This document shows, in pieces, positions 25,424 to 40,374 of a stretch of 64,000 bases of DNA (positions are counted from its first letter, which is position 1; each line of letters begins with the position of its first letter). The notes beneath the pieces are model-generated. The model saw only the letters and a program-made list of their open reading frames with translations, was not told the DNA's origin and did not search any database. Source of the DNA: Eledone cirrhosa. Lineage: Eukaryota. The position numbers and the translations under genes are program-made. The stretch is taken from contig OZ024741.1 of NCBI GenBank assembly GCA_964016885.1, forward strand, positions 91,202,001 to 91,266,000. Reading direction: 5' to 3'.

Positions 25424-26822
25424 TCTAGTCCTTCGCTCAAGATTAATCTATAAGTTTAGATGTCTGCCTTCGTTTAAGTAAATATTACAGTAAGATTTTT
25501 AATATAAACAACTACAAAAAACAATTAATATTAAAACGAAAAAATTATCAATGATAAAAGAAGCGGATGCAACTTTTTTTTTTATAAAGTTATATTCCTG
25601 TTTCTTTAAAGAACATTTCATTTTTGTTCTATTGTAGGCGAAATAATGCAATGGTTTAATAGGGAAGATATAACTTACCAATTATGTCTCTAACCGTGTA
25701 ACGCTTTTTAAGTAGATAACTACAATTGAAAATACTAAAGAAATGGAACCAACAATTCAATTTGAAAGTCGTCTACTTATAGTGACAGTGTATTACTGGT
25801 ACTTTATTTTATCGACCCCGTAACGATGAAATGCAAATGCTTAAAATTTAAATTGCCTTAATTCTATCGTCTGCTGTTTCATTAAAGGGAGATTCTCGTC
25901 TGTATTTAATTCTATCGTCTACTGTTCCACTAAACAGATATACCTCCACTATCGTCTCTATTTATACATTTTAACTTATAACTTATACACATTTGATTTG
26001 AAATATTTTATCTAGTCCCCCCTCTCAATATTATGATGATTTCTTTCGAATGAAACAGTTCTAGTCCTGTAGAAGCCATTTATATATATATAATTGAACT
26101 GAGTTAAAAATTCACAATATTTATAATTAAATAAGCTCATATATATATGTGTGTATTTATCTGTTTATTGTATTATATATAATGTGTGTATATACAGGAT
26201 GTCCCCCCAAAATATATACACACTTCAACAGCATTCTAATAACTATTGCCTGTACAGGTAATCAAAGTGTCAATCGAATGTTAGTTTCGTGTTTTAACAG
26301 TACAAATTTACAATACACACATAAAACCAGTGTATATACATACATGAGTGTGTATACACATACATGAATGTGTATATACAATATATATGTATATATATAT
26401 AGACACATATATTCACGGTGCAACGGAACATTAAAATATAGATGCGGGAGGGGGGTGTATATATAGGGGCGCTGGGGATAAAGGAGTGTAAAGCGTGTGT
26501 AATTGATATATTGAAGGAGAGGAGCGTGCAGCGATAGAGTAACAAATATATAGAGAGGGGGAGAGATGGTATTGAAGGGGAGGAGTGCAAAGCGAAAGAG
26601 TAAGAGAGATATATATATAGAGACGGAACAGATAGAGAGAAACAGGCGTAAGTAACAGTGGAAGAGATATATAGAGAGGGGGAAATGTGTTATTGAAGGG
26701 GAGGAGTGTAAAGCGAAAGCGTAAGATATATATAGAGAGAGGGGGAATAGTATATATATATATATATATATACGTTATTCCGGGTTGAATCGGAGGTAAC
26801 CACAACCAATCAGAGTAAGTGT

Positions 26823-26896
<74 letters not shown>

Positions 26897-27879
26897 ACAC
26901 TTACTCTGATTGGTTGAAAATTAGCCAATGACATACGATCACCACCACCACGGCTATCCCCGAAAAATTTATGAAGATGTTAGGCATATATGTTAGAACA
27001 CGAAAAGTGAACATTCTGTTGTTTCACACTTTTCGTGTTCTAACAGATATATATATGTATATAATATATGTGACTATGCGAGCGAGTAATGTTTGTGTAT
27101 TTGCCTTAAATTTTAATTGTATGTATATGTTAGTCTAAAATGTCTTCCGTTTGATGACGTTTCCTATCCTTCGTCATCGGAATCAAGGATATATTATACG
27201 ATAAAAAATTGTTAACAGGACGTAAAAAAAGTTATGAAATAAACACAACGACAAAGTAATCCATATTTGGTGATTTATTCGTTTTTCGGAAGTTGAGAAA
27301 TAATAACATCCTATTACACACACACACACACACACACATACACATACACACACACGCATACACAAACACACAAACGCGCGCCTATACATCCTCCATGCCG
27401 TTGACGTAGCATGGTCAAATGTTGTGCCCACTTTGAGAACCTCTGGTCTACATTGTTCTTATTGCTTTTCGCTAGATCTGTTCTGCTAGAGAATGGGTTG
27501 CAGATGGCGGATAGCGATACGGCCATCAGGTATTATTAATTGCGATATAGGCGGGAAATTGCCGGACGAATAAGCAACCCCAAACCAACAGCAGTAAATT
27601 ACTAGGGGCGATGGAGCAATGTGTAGCACCTGTAGCTCTCAAGAAAACTCTCACAACCCAGTGATGCGAGTAAAGGCCGCCTCTAAAAAAGACTAGTCTT
27701 CGCAGGTTTGAGAAAGTACCAGATTGGTGACTGGCGCAAATAAAACCACCAAAACTGCAATATGGTGAGAGGTAAGAAAAAGAATCATATCGCATCGTCC
27801 TTCGCGCAGTTTAGCAAGTTAACAAGGGACGCGTTCAGGCCTTAGGTAGAGAGGCCTGTTCGAAAAATATATTGCAGTC

Positions 27880-28265
27880 TCCATTTCATGACGTGAAAAC
27901 TGGCGATGGGCGTGTGACCTGTCCTGGGAGGTGTGGGATGGACGCACAAAGATTGCGTATCCCAAGACCCCAAAGAGGTTCAGAAGGACGCAAACATTGA
28001 TAATTGGAACCTGTAACATCACAACCCTTACAGGTAAAGAGCAGGAACTAGTGGAGGAGGCTAGATGCTACCAACTGCATATAATCTGGATTTTCTCAAC
28101 AAGGTTCCATGGATTTGGATGAGCGATGGAAACTTCGCTATTCAGGTGTGGTGCCAGAAATGACTGCACAGGCTGGACTGGAGATACTCATAAGCCCCTG
28201 GCTGTCAGAATGTGTTATGGTCTGGATACCATTAGGAGAGAGGATTTTCCTCTTAAAGCTTGGGC
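27880..28265 (+). pseudogene. RTE-clade (Rex3/Expander-like) LINE APE endonuclease N-terminus
   Basis: IIGTCNITTLTGKEQELVEEARCYQL...WKLRYSGV...AQAGLEILISP. Confidence 0.8.
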
Positions 28266-28269
28266 TGCA

Positions 28270-28490
28270 CTTTGGGCCGAGGAGAGTAAACTTTCCAAAT
28301 ACAGGTCACTCTCTAACAGGTTTGCGATCGAGCCCATAGCAGTGGAGACTTCTGGTGTCCTTGGCCCAAAGACCACTTCCTTATTCACGACCATCGGCAC
28401 AGATTTGGCCTCGTGAGCTGGAATGGCTCTTCCAGCGAGTCTCCCTCACCATCCTCCGGGGAAACGCCTTCTCTATTCTGTCACCGGGGC
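28270..28490 (+). pseudogene. CRE-clade non-LTR retrotransposon 3' end (restriction-like endonuclease C-terminus)
   Basis: AEESKLSKY...FAIEPIAVETSGVLG...LFQRVSLTILRGNAFSIL. Confidence 0.75.
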
Positions 28491-28807
28491 TGCGGGGTGG
28501 CCAGTGCGTAGGCCCCCATTTGCTCATAATAGTGAGAATGGGGAGAGCGGGAGAAACAGAGGAAGTGACAGTGGGAGCTTGGTTCCATTGTGTTCGGACC
28601 TGGTGTATATGTACATATATTTACCACACCACATTAACTGCATATTTCAAAGTGTTTTTATTACATTAAACAATTATGTTTGTATTTATTTCAAAACTTT
28701 CATGAGGGAAAAATAACGAGATATAAGCCTCAGGTGAACTAAATCAACACGCCATCCAATTTCGATTAACCATTGCTATCATTTCACTTCATATATAAAT
28801 ATATGTG

Positions 28808-28931
<124 letters not shown>

Positions 28932-29050
28932 TTACAGCGTGAAATTTCACGTCAGAAGGTGACTGACGAAGTAGAGACACAGTTGTCTGTTCGTCTTATA
29001 TAACTGTTTTTCTGTGTATATTTCTGGTGATATATATATATATATATATA

Positions 29051-30840
29051 TATCAATGATATTAATAAATGGAAACTATATTTATAAAAGCAACTGTAGA
29101 ATTGAATCAAACTGCCCTTTACAAAACAATTCCTTAGACAAAAACTTAATTTATAAATGCACAGTAAAAACTAGAGACAAAATATTTAACTATATAGGTG
29201 CCACTTCTACAAAATTCAAAGAACGCTGGTACAACCACAAACATACATTTAATAAGTCCGATAAAAAATCTTCCACTTCACTTTCACATCTAATTTGGAA
29301 TTTAAAGGACAACAATATAGACTATTCAATATCTTGGGGAATGATTTCGAAAGCACCTGTATACCGAAATATGGCTTTCTCAAGAATCTGTCATTTATGC
29401 ATCGAGGAATTTTTAAAATATAATTAACTGTCAAAACTCTATTAATTTAAAAACAGAATTATTTAGTTCTTGCAGACATCGCCAAAAATCAACTAAAAAC
29501 ATTTTTTAAATGATCTTCCTTCTTAAATTTAGTATTTTTGCCAATTGATATTCTTTTCCTAATGATTTATATATTTTTTAGATTTATATATATTTTTTTT
29601 AGATTTTTTTTAGATTGATACTTTTTAATTGACATTCTGAAAGATTTCCTCTTTACGATAGTTCTTCTAAATGCACTCTTGACTTATCTAATAATACATT
29701 TTTCCTCTCTTTAATCTTCAAACTTTTCACACATCTTTCGACGTAGATAATATATAATTGAAATTCTAATCCTTGAAAAACATGTAATATAAAATACCTT
29801 ATAATCTCACACAAAATAATATATAATTTTCTCTACATAATTTCTAAGAAAATCATTCATCAAATTTAATGGTTAGCAAATAATATTGGAGTTATCTTTT
29901 CCTTTACAATTGAGCAAACATAGACATAATAACTTGTATGATAATTTATATAATTTCGCTAAATTAATAATGTTCTGTAAATATTTTCAATGTTGGATGA
30001 AAATATTTGAATCTACAAATTGTTCTTCTCTTATAATTTGAACTACGTCTTTTTCTTAAATATTTATCTAAAATGTAAAATCAACATTCTTCGTAACTCA
30101 TGTTAGAAATGTAAACAATTAATACGTGTGTTATATTTCTATAAAATCACTAATAATACTTATACTTGTACACTTATTAATCTATATAGATATTTATATA
30201 CTTACAACCTGTTGCAATATAAGATAAAATGTACTTACAACCATAATTCTTCATATAATCTAATTGATTATATATATAATATTATAACTCATAATATAGC
30301 TAAATATATATTTTTTTAATTCAGGAATCATATTCCACCATTCCTAAAAACTGTTAATTCTTTTTAAATTCACGTAAATACAAGCTTTTCTTTCTTCCTC
30401 TTTCTTCTTCCTACACATACATATATATATCCTAATAAATATTTAAATCTACCTAGCGTCTAAAAATAACGTTTTCTTTTCAGCCCTATACCTCAACCTC
30501 ATTTGCATATTTATCTTAATAATTTGAAATATTTGATTTTTCTTCTCTTTCCCCTTTTTCCTTTTACTATCCAGGAAAAACTTGAACCGTTAAGATCTCC
30601 TTCCTGGATATGTCAATATTTATAAAACAAACTTTGTATTTTATCTGATGAGTGCGTAGCAAATTTTGGTACCCTTGAAATATATATAATAGAATAAATA
30701 TGGTTTTATAAATATAGTTTCCATTTATTAATATCATTGATATTATACCCCAGAAAACTTGTCGAGTGCTTCGAATCAGTTATAAATATATATATATATA
30801 TTTGTTGAATTACCAACAAATTAAATATCTCTTTTGCTTA
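29051..30840 (+). mobile_element. 5'-truncated Hydra-type PLE with short inverted 5' piece
   Basis: NCRIESNCPL..LIYKC..YIGATS GIY-YIG (29090-29490), AT-rich UTR, HHR; 29051-29089 is the reverse complement of 30704-30743. Confidence 0.88.
30637..30696 (+). ncRNA. Hammerhead (weak stem II)
   Basis: TATTTTAT-CTGATGA-GTGC...GTACCCTT-GAAA-TATATA-TA-ATAGAATA. Confidence 0.65.
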
Positions 30841-30896
30841 TATATATATATATATATATATAGGGCGGTGGAAGTCTTTCTACACACACACACATA

Positions 30897-30959
<63 letters not shown>

Positions 30960-31009
30960 GTATATATATATATGTATATATATATATGTATATATATATA
31001 TGTATATAT

Positions 31010-32090
31010 ATGCAAAAGTTCTCTTTAAATTGTTGGGATACAACAAGCAAATATTTTTATAACTGATATAAAGCACTCCACAAGTATTTGGAGTAAACAT
31101 ACGATATTAACAAATGGAAACTATATTTATAAAACCATATTTATTTCATTATACATATTTCAAGGACACCAAGTTAAATTATGGTGTGCTTTCATCAGAC
31201 AAAATATAATATAGATCAGTTTTATAAATAAATATTGACATACCCTTAAAAAATGCAACCATTACTGTTGGAAGCTCCCGGATAGTGGAGTTGTTTAATT
31301 ATATTATTATTAGTATTGGATATTTTTATTTTTAAAATAAGCCGTTGGGTTACAGAGAAAGAAAAAGATAAAGAAGGAGAGAGAGAAAGAGAGAGAGAGA
31401 GAGACAAGGGAGAGAGAGAGAGACCAAAACAACAGAGAGAGAAAGATATATAGAGAGAGAGGAGACAGAGAGAAGGGGAGAGAACGAAAACTCTAAGTCA
31501 TATCTTGTTGAGTTAACTTAACAATTGAGATGAAATGAATAAATAAAATTAGAAATGTTAATAATCATGAATGGAATATACATATATAATATGAGAAATT
31601 AATCATTGTTTAAATATGATTAGATGTTTAGTTACTCATTTAAAAATTGAGATCAATATATTAAAAATTGGGATCTATACATTAAGAAATCCATATATTG
31701 CTAGAGAACTACATATCATATAACACGTATACACACGCAAAAATACATATAAATATATATACACACTTATAAAATACATAACATATCTAACTACGTATAT
31801 AATATATACACACAAAGCATAAAAGATTCTTTAATTTAATTTAAGATATAGGAATCTTTAAAATGTTATAATTGTTAAGATATTAAAGGAAATTTTATGT
31901 TATACACACTTTATGTTATTAAACAAAATTTTTAATATAAGTTTTATAAGATTACCTGTTATGTATTTATGGCTGTTAATTATATGTCTATCTGTCAGGA
32001 ATCATTGGGATAATCACTATACATAAGTGCAATCAAATTGTATGGATATACACGCACATGCATATACACAATTCTCACATATACACATAT
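31010..32090 (-). mobile_element. 3' UTR and pseudo-LTR remnant of a Hydra-type PLE
   Basis: 31010-31250 is homologous to the reverse complement of 55340-55581; right boundary approximate. Confidence 0.7.
31142..31206 (-). ncRNA. Hammerhead
   Basis: Minus strand TATTTTGT-CTGATGA-AAGCACACC...GGTGTCCTT-GAAA-TATGTA-TA-ATGAAATA. Confidence 0.8.
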
Positions 32091-32122
32091 ATACATGTGT
32101 GTGTACCCTCAGCCAATAGGTA

Positions 32123-34206
32123 TGTAGCGGTTGTCTCCCTTGTTTTGATTGGGATCTAGACGGGAAGTGGAACCCTTTCTGCAACTTCCGGTCAGAGCCC
32201 TATAAAACTAACAACTTTAAGCTTCCTTTCTCTCTTTGCCTTTTCGGCACCAGGTCAAGAGTCTTCTCATTTGGCTCTGCCATTAATTTGGCCAACAGGC
32301 GCCTGGCCTTAGCCAGGCGCCCTCTGCCAGCCGCGTTTGCCTGGCAATCAAAACGGTAACTACTAACTTTGTTTCATTCTAACCTCTATCTTTGACATGT
32401 CAAGTATTCTATCTACCGTTAATTAAATATTATATACACAAACATTGTCTCGTTTTGTTACATTCATACAACCAGTAATCTCGCTATATTGGTAACCCTG
32501 ACGTGATACGAACACGCAGCCGTTCATCGCTATAAGGGTCACCCCCATAAAAAGAAAAAAATAGCACATCTGGTTTTGTGAGTAACATTACGAATACACA
32601 GCAAATTTAGCGACAAACTATGAAAATACTCAAGGACACGCACACACGCACATGTGGAATTCGCACAGACATACTTTTTCTCTCACGCATCAATTAACTG
32701 TCGCATTTCACCAATATATATATATATGTTTCTCGTTTCTTACAACGAACACTTTCAAAACAAAAAAAACATTTCACGATATATATATATGTTTCTCGTT
32801 TCTTACAACGAACTCTTTCAAAACACAAAAAAAAAAAAAAGAAATTTGATATTCTTTAAAAAACATTTCAACAGGAACATTTATTTTCGATGAACCATTG
32901 CCTTTTGTTCTTCGTTTTCTTCATCGTTCCAGTTTTTTTTTTTTTTTTTTTTCCAAAAGTTCACACCTATAATTATGCTGATTGAAGCCTTTCTTTTTCA
33001 TCATTGTCACTTTCAAAATTGCACTATCATTTTCTCGCGCGTTAGAAATATTTTTTTTTCAACCTTGTATTGGCACGTGTAGGCAGCATAAATTCTCGAT
33101 TCACTGAGATGTCTCTACTCACAGACAGCCGCACGCCATTTATCACCAGGGATTCTTCAGCCTTAAGCTATATTCTTCTATTTACCGGTTTATAAATTTA
33201 CAATGTAAATTTACCGTTGATAACCGCGCATTTATTAAGAATGCTTATTTCTCTGGTCGCTGGCCTCTTGACCCTTCCAGGTCAACGCATTCTCAACATC
33301 GACCATCAACTTCGGCTGCTATTTCTAGCACTTTGCGCAACTCATTTTTTCTAAGTAAATTTTTTTTACTGTGAATTTAAACACCGAATACGCTCACTCA
33401 GCGAGACAACAGCAGCAGCAACAGCAATACATCAATACAGCTTCACCAAAGCCAGAGAATTCATTTTTGCAGCACTCTTCCTGTGAGAAAATCCATTCGG
33501 AGGTTGGAAATTTCACGATATACCACAGAACAGAAACCACCTGCATTCATTCTCTGGAACACACTTTCTTTCCTGCTGTCATGTGATTGCACACCTGTGA
33601 ACTATATTTTGAACTTTGAGCTCTTCTATTACTTTTACTTTATTACATTGTATCTTTGGGTGATGGATAGATGGATGTCCAGTCGTTCTCTGGCCAAGAG
33701 CGGTTGGCTACCTTGATATCTATCATTGATTTTTCCAGACATTCTTTTGTCGTAATTTTCATGCCTGTTACAACATTCTCGCCAACTTGCTACATATTTT
33801 CATTTCGATTTTTATACACTAAAATTCTGGCGGGAGGTTATGTAGCGGTTGTCTCCCTTGTTTTGATTGGGATCTAGACGGGAAGTGGAACCCTTTCTGC
33901 AACTTCCGGTCAGAGCCCTATAAAACTAACAACTTTAAGCTTCCTTTCTCTCTTTGCCTTTTCGGCACCAGGTCAAGAGTCTTCTCATTTGGCTCTGCCA
34001 TTAATTTGGCCAACAGGCGCCTGGCCTTAGCCAGGCGCCCTCTGCCAGCCGCGTTTGCCTGGCAATCAAAACGGTAACTACTAACTTTGTTTCATTCTAA
34101 CCTCTATCTTTGACATGTCAAGTATTCTATCTACCGTTAATTAAATATTATATACACAAACATTGTCTCGTTTTGTTACATTCATACACCCAGTATCCTC
34201 GCTATA
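32123..34206 (+). mobile_element. Non-autonomous LTR retrotransposon (Gypsy-like), 366-bp LTRs
   Basis: LTRs 32123-32488 and 33841-34206 nearly identical, TGTAGCG...CGCTATA; 4-bp TSD GGTA; PBS; purine tract GGCGGGAGG before the 3' LTR; no gag/pol. Confidence 0.92.
32490..32507 (+). promoter_or_regulatory. Primer-binding site, tRNA-Trp
   Basis: TGGTAACCCTGACGTGAT versus the tRNA-Trp PBS TGGTGACCCCGACGTGAT (16/18). Confidence 0.85.
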
Positions 34207-34389
34207 GGTAGATACGCATCACGCATACATATACATACAGACAGACATACATTCATAAAAACAGAAACGTATGCACGTATGACATATAAATCAAGACAGA
34301 CAGATCCATACATGCAATAACACCCATATCTGCACACACACACACACACGCACACGCACACACAGACACAGACAGACGCGCACACGCAT

Positions 34390-34487
<98 letters not shown>

Positions 34488-34532
34488 GTCTTTAGGCAGT
34501 TGATGTCTAACATCCAATGAAAATTGATAAAT

Positions 34533-34690
34533 AATTGTTTCTACTTTTGGCACAGGGCCAGCAAATTACCCAGTGCATTACTGGTACTTTATTTTATCGA
34601 CCCCGGAAGGATGAAAGGCAAAGTTAACCTCGGCGGGATTTGAACTCAGATCATAAAGGGCCGTAACTCTTTGATACAAAGCATGGCGAA
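34533..34690 (-). mobile_element. tRNA-derived SINE, 5'-truncated
   Basis: B box and core. Confidence 0.8.
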
Positions 34691-34790
34691 ATAATAAAAC
34701 CAGAACATACATACATATTTGCACATATATATATATATATATATATATATGCATATATACATACATATCAGTGCATGCATGCATGCACTG

Positions 34791-34821
<31 letters not shown>

Positions 34822-34969
34822 TGTATGTATGTATGTATGTATGTATGTATGCATGTATGTATATATATATATGTGTGTGTGTGTGTCTGTATGTATGTAT
34901 GTATGTATGAGTGTGTGTGTCTGTCTGTCTGTATGTCTGTCTGTATGTGTGTGTGTTTGTCTGTCTGTC

Positions 34970-35535
34970 TTGAGTGCTACTGGTAACATGTAACCCAGTA
35001 CAAGCTGTCGCATGGTCGGGTCGTCGGCGACTAAACCGGCAACCCCACCAAGTTTACTTGGTGAGGCGGGTGATTTTGGACACCCTGCAGGACAAAAAAC
35101 AAAACCTGACAAAGGGCGGAAGAACTCATAAGAGTCAACGGCCATCCCAAAGTGTGTAAATATCTATATACACATGTACATATGTATGTATATGTGTATA
35201 TACATGGGTACATGTGTGTGTATATGCGCGGGGACATAGAAATAGTCGGGCTGGACACCCGATCGTGCGGTTAAACCACTGGGAGTGACGGACCCCTAGC
35301 CTTTCTTCTAGGAGAAGGCAACTCAGGAAACTGGGATAACTCCGATATAAAACCTGCGGCCCAGTAGTTACTGATGATGTTGATCTTTTCTTCTTTTCGG
35401 GTTATAGCTACTGTCGCTCAGAGTGTGGGATTGGCTCAGTGCACAGTCTTTCCTCACTTTAAAAAAATATCTTCACGCACAGGCATTGCACGATTGAAAT
35501 AATAATGGTATATCGTGCAATGGCCATACTCGATA
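34970..35535 (+). mobile_element. Non-coding repeat resembling RTE-clade 5' UTR derivatives (also at 39130-39522 + and 45497-45997 -)
   Basis: Shared GGGCGGA.GAACTC...AGAGTCAACGGCCATCC, CTAGGAGAAGG.AACTC and GCAGCCATCAT end. Confidence 0.6.
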
Positions 35536-35558
35536 ACGGAGGGGCAGCCATCATATCA

Positions 35559-35618
<60 letters not shown>

Positions 35619-36088
35619 TGTCTGTCTGTCTGTCTGTCTGTATGTATGTGTGTGTCTGTCTGTGTCTGTGTGAGTGTGTGCGTGTCTGTCTGTCTGTATG
35701 TATGTAAGTCTACGGTGGTGCTGTACGAGTGTTAATATTATAGCAGTTGTCTTTTGCTATCATAATATTGTCTTTAAAGAAATAAGAAAGTGGAGCAAAC
35801 GACAAAGAAGAAAAGTTTGCTCAATTAGCGATCCGTTTTCAATTCCCTCTTGTAACTATTAATTTCACTTAAGTCATTAAAGCTCATCCGGAAAATATAA
35901 TGCCCCGCTGTTTCTCCATGGCTCTGGTATCTTATGTCTATGTAAAGAATCAATATTAAGTTATAACAATATCTATTATAAAGAACTTACATCCGTCACT
36001 CGCAATTGAATATGACAGAGAAAGAAGAAAAAGGAGAAAATATAACAAAATGCAGACGAAAGCAAAAGTAAGAATGAAAATGAGTTGG

Positions 36089-36140
<52 letters not shown>

Positions 36141-36180
36141 GATATTAAATAAATGGAAACTATATTTATAAAACCATATT

Positions 36181-36246
36181 TATTTCATTATATATATTTC
36201 AGGGATATCATATTAAAAATATGGTATGCCTTCTTCAGACAAAATA
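36181..36246 (-). ncRNA. Hammerhead
   Basis: Minus strand TATTTTGT-CTGAAGA-AGG...CCT-GAAA-TATATA-TA-ATGAAATA. Confidence 0.8.
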
Positions 36247-36517
36247 CAATATAAACAGTCTTATAAATAGATAGATTTGACATACCTTACAACTTCAACT
36301 TCCATTTAAAAAGTTGATTTGGTAGTGAAAAATGTTAGAGACAGTTATAAAAAGAAAGAAAGAAAAAAAGCGAAGAAAAAGAGCGAAGAAAAAGAAGAAA
36401 TGCATGCAACTAAACAGAGAGAGATAGATATAGAGAGATAGATAGAGAGAAGGAATTCATGTAAAGAAACAGAGAGAGATAGATAGAGAGAGAAAAAACA
36501 CAGAGGGAGATAGATAG

Positions 36518-36565
<48 letters not shown>

Positions 36566-37639
36566 ATAGAGAGAGATAGATATAGATAGAGATAGAGAGA
36601 AAGAAAATAGGTAGTTGGGCACCAGTTGAATGACGTATCAATGATATATTTATTTATTTATTTATTTAGTTCTAGTATTAAGGTAGAGAGAGATATATGT
36701 GGTTAGGAGAGAAAACAGCCGTTACATAGAGAGAAAAGAAAAATATCCAGAGATAAACGAGGCAGATTTAAAACATTATGTTTCATCAATGTAAAAATAT
36801 CAATTCGTATCAATTAGGTATTATAATGTAAATATCAGTATTCATGAATGAGACACGTATCAATAATGTGTGAAAAATAATGATCATATGTCTAGTTTAA
36901 AATTCCTAGGTTTATATCAGAACTGAGTTAAAAAACTGAGTTAAAAAATAATTAAAAAAAAATTGAAATACATAAGTATATATGCACTTTCATGAAAAAA
37001 GAAAAAGAAAAAGAAAATAGAAGGTTATCCCAGATTCGATACTATAGACTTCCATGTGAATTTACGTGATCAACTCTGCAAATTCCTATTTCACATGAAA
37101 ACATTCTCATTGTGCTATAAAAATTCTAGTATACATATATGTGTACATACACACAAATATATATAGAATCTACATTAATTTTAACAATACTATTCTTGTC
37201 TTTACTCTACATGATTATCGTTCAAGCATAAATAGACAACAGATATCAATATATCAATAAAAATATCAAAAAATTAAAAAATATTAAAAATAAAACACAG
37301 TATGCCCCGCAAATCAACCACAGAGATCAACCCTTCAAAATTAATTGACAATATATTGCCAAGTTCATTATAAGCATCAGAATCAAAAGCAAACAAAACC
37401 AAAATTATTTACCAAATCCTGTCTAGCAGAAATCATTCCAAAAGTTTAGGATACCCATTTGATCTACAGATGGTCTTATATTTATTATAGAAGTTTATCT
37501 AGTGTAAAATTTATTCGATATATTTGGAGCATCAGCTTTTAGGGTAGTTTAATTATTCATGAAGAAATGTTTAAAAAAAAAAGAAATCGAAAGATTTATC
37601 GGCGAGTTTCATAAATAATTATAAATCAAGTTAAATATA

Positions 37640-39070
<1,431 letters not shown>

Positions 39071-39129
39071 TTTTGCAAAAATATGAAAGAAAAAACTTAC
39101 GTAAGAATGTATGTGTGTATATATATCAT

Positions 39130-39522
39130 ATACAAGACCCGGAAAAGGGCGGAGAAACTCAGCAGAGTCAACGGCCATCCAAATAGTACTTTTTTTTTCA
39201 CCTGGGAGTGAAAGGCCCTCAGTTGTTGTCACAACACCTTTCTAGGAGAAGGAAACTCTGGTAAAAAAAAACAAAAAAACCTGCGGCTTCGGTAGCTCCG
39301 ATGATGTTGACCAGTTATTCTTTTCGGGTAGTGTTTTCAATGCCCAGAAAGTGGGATTAGTTGAGTGCAAGGCCTTTCCCCACTTAAAAAACCTTCAAAG
39401 CACAGGCATTGCTTGTTCAGGATATGTTACAGGTTTGTGTGACTGGCCGTAGCCTAAAAGTGCACCAAACTCTATAATCTGACAAGCGATTGCAGCACAC
39501 TTAGCAGAGTTTGCAGCCATCA
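39130..39522 (+). mobile_element. RTE-related non-coding repeat
   Basis: Homologous to 35105-35535 and to the reverse complement of 45497-45860. Confidence 0.6.
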
Positions 39523-39825
39523 TATATCATATATGGAAGTTTGCAAACATGTATGTGTGTAGTTTCTCTTCCCGAGTGGAGTTTTAGAGCATATTTTGAC
39601 TGTCCACCTACTCGATGGCAAATAACATATATTAAATAATGTCTCTTTCTTTTCATCATCTATTGCTCATCAATCAAATTTGAAGGTCGCGAAGATTTTT
39701 GTTCCGCAGATATCGTGGTCATATCTAGTGTATGAAATGTGGAGTTATATTCTTTGTCTGAGAAACCAAGTTTAGTAATACGTTGATTCAGGAAAGTTAG
39801 TACATATTCTGACAATCTAATAATG

Positions 39826-40045
39826 GTTTCTTATATAGGCACAAGGCCATCAATTTTGGAGGGGAGGGGAAAGTCGATTAAATCGACCCCAGTGCGTGAC
39901 TGGTACTTTATTTTATCGACCCCGTAAGGATAAAAAGCAAAGTTAACCTCGGCGGGATTTGAATTCAGATTATAAAGGGCCGTAACTCTATACTGAAAAG
40001 CATGGTGTCCGACTCTCTACCGATACTGCCAATCCACCGCCCTTC
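39826..40045 (-). mobile_element. tRNA-derived SINE, full length
   Basis: A/B boxes and core. Confidence 0.85.
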
Positions 40046-40374
40046 TGAAAATCTAATAATGATTTCTATATTGACACACAGCCAGCAATTGATGGGGAAG
40101 ATAAAGTCAATTATATCGATACTAGTATTTTACTAGTACTAGATATTTTTCCAACACGCTGTCACGCATGCGTATATGTGTATGCGCGTGTGTGTGTGCA
40201 TATGCATACATTTATATGCATGAGTATATAATAAACGTGCAAACACAGACACACTTACAAAAATACACACTCACAGACATACACTCACACAAATACACAT
40301 ACATTCACAGAAACACACACATACATTTACACAAACACACACATATACATATACTCACAAACAGCGTAGCCAAT

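Noticed and set aside
28935-28995. GAAA...CTGACGA cluster
   Set aside because: No complementary stems
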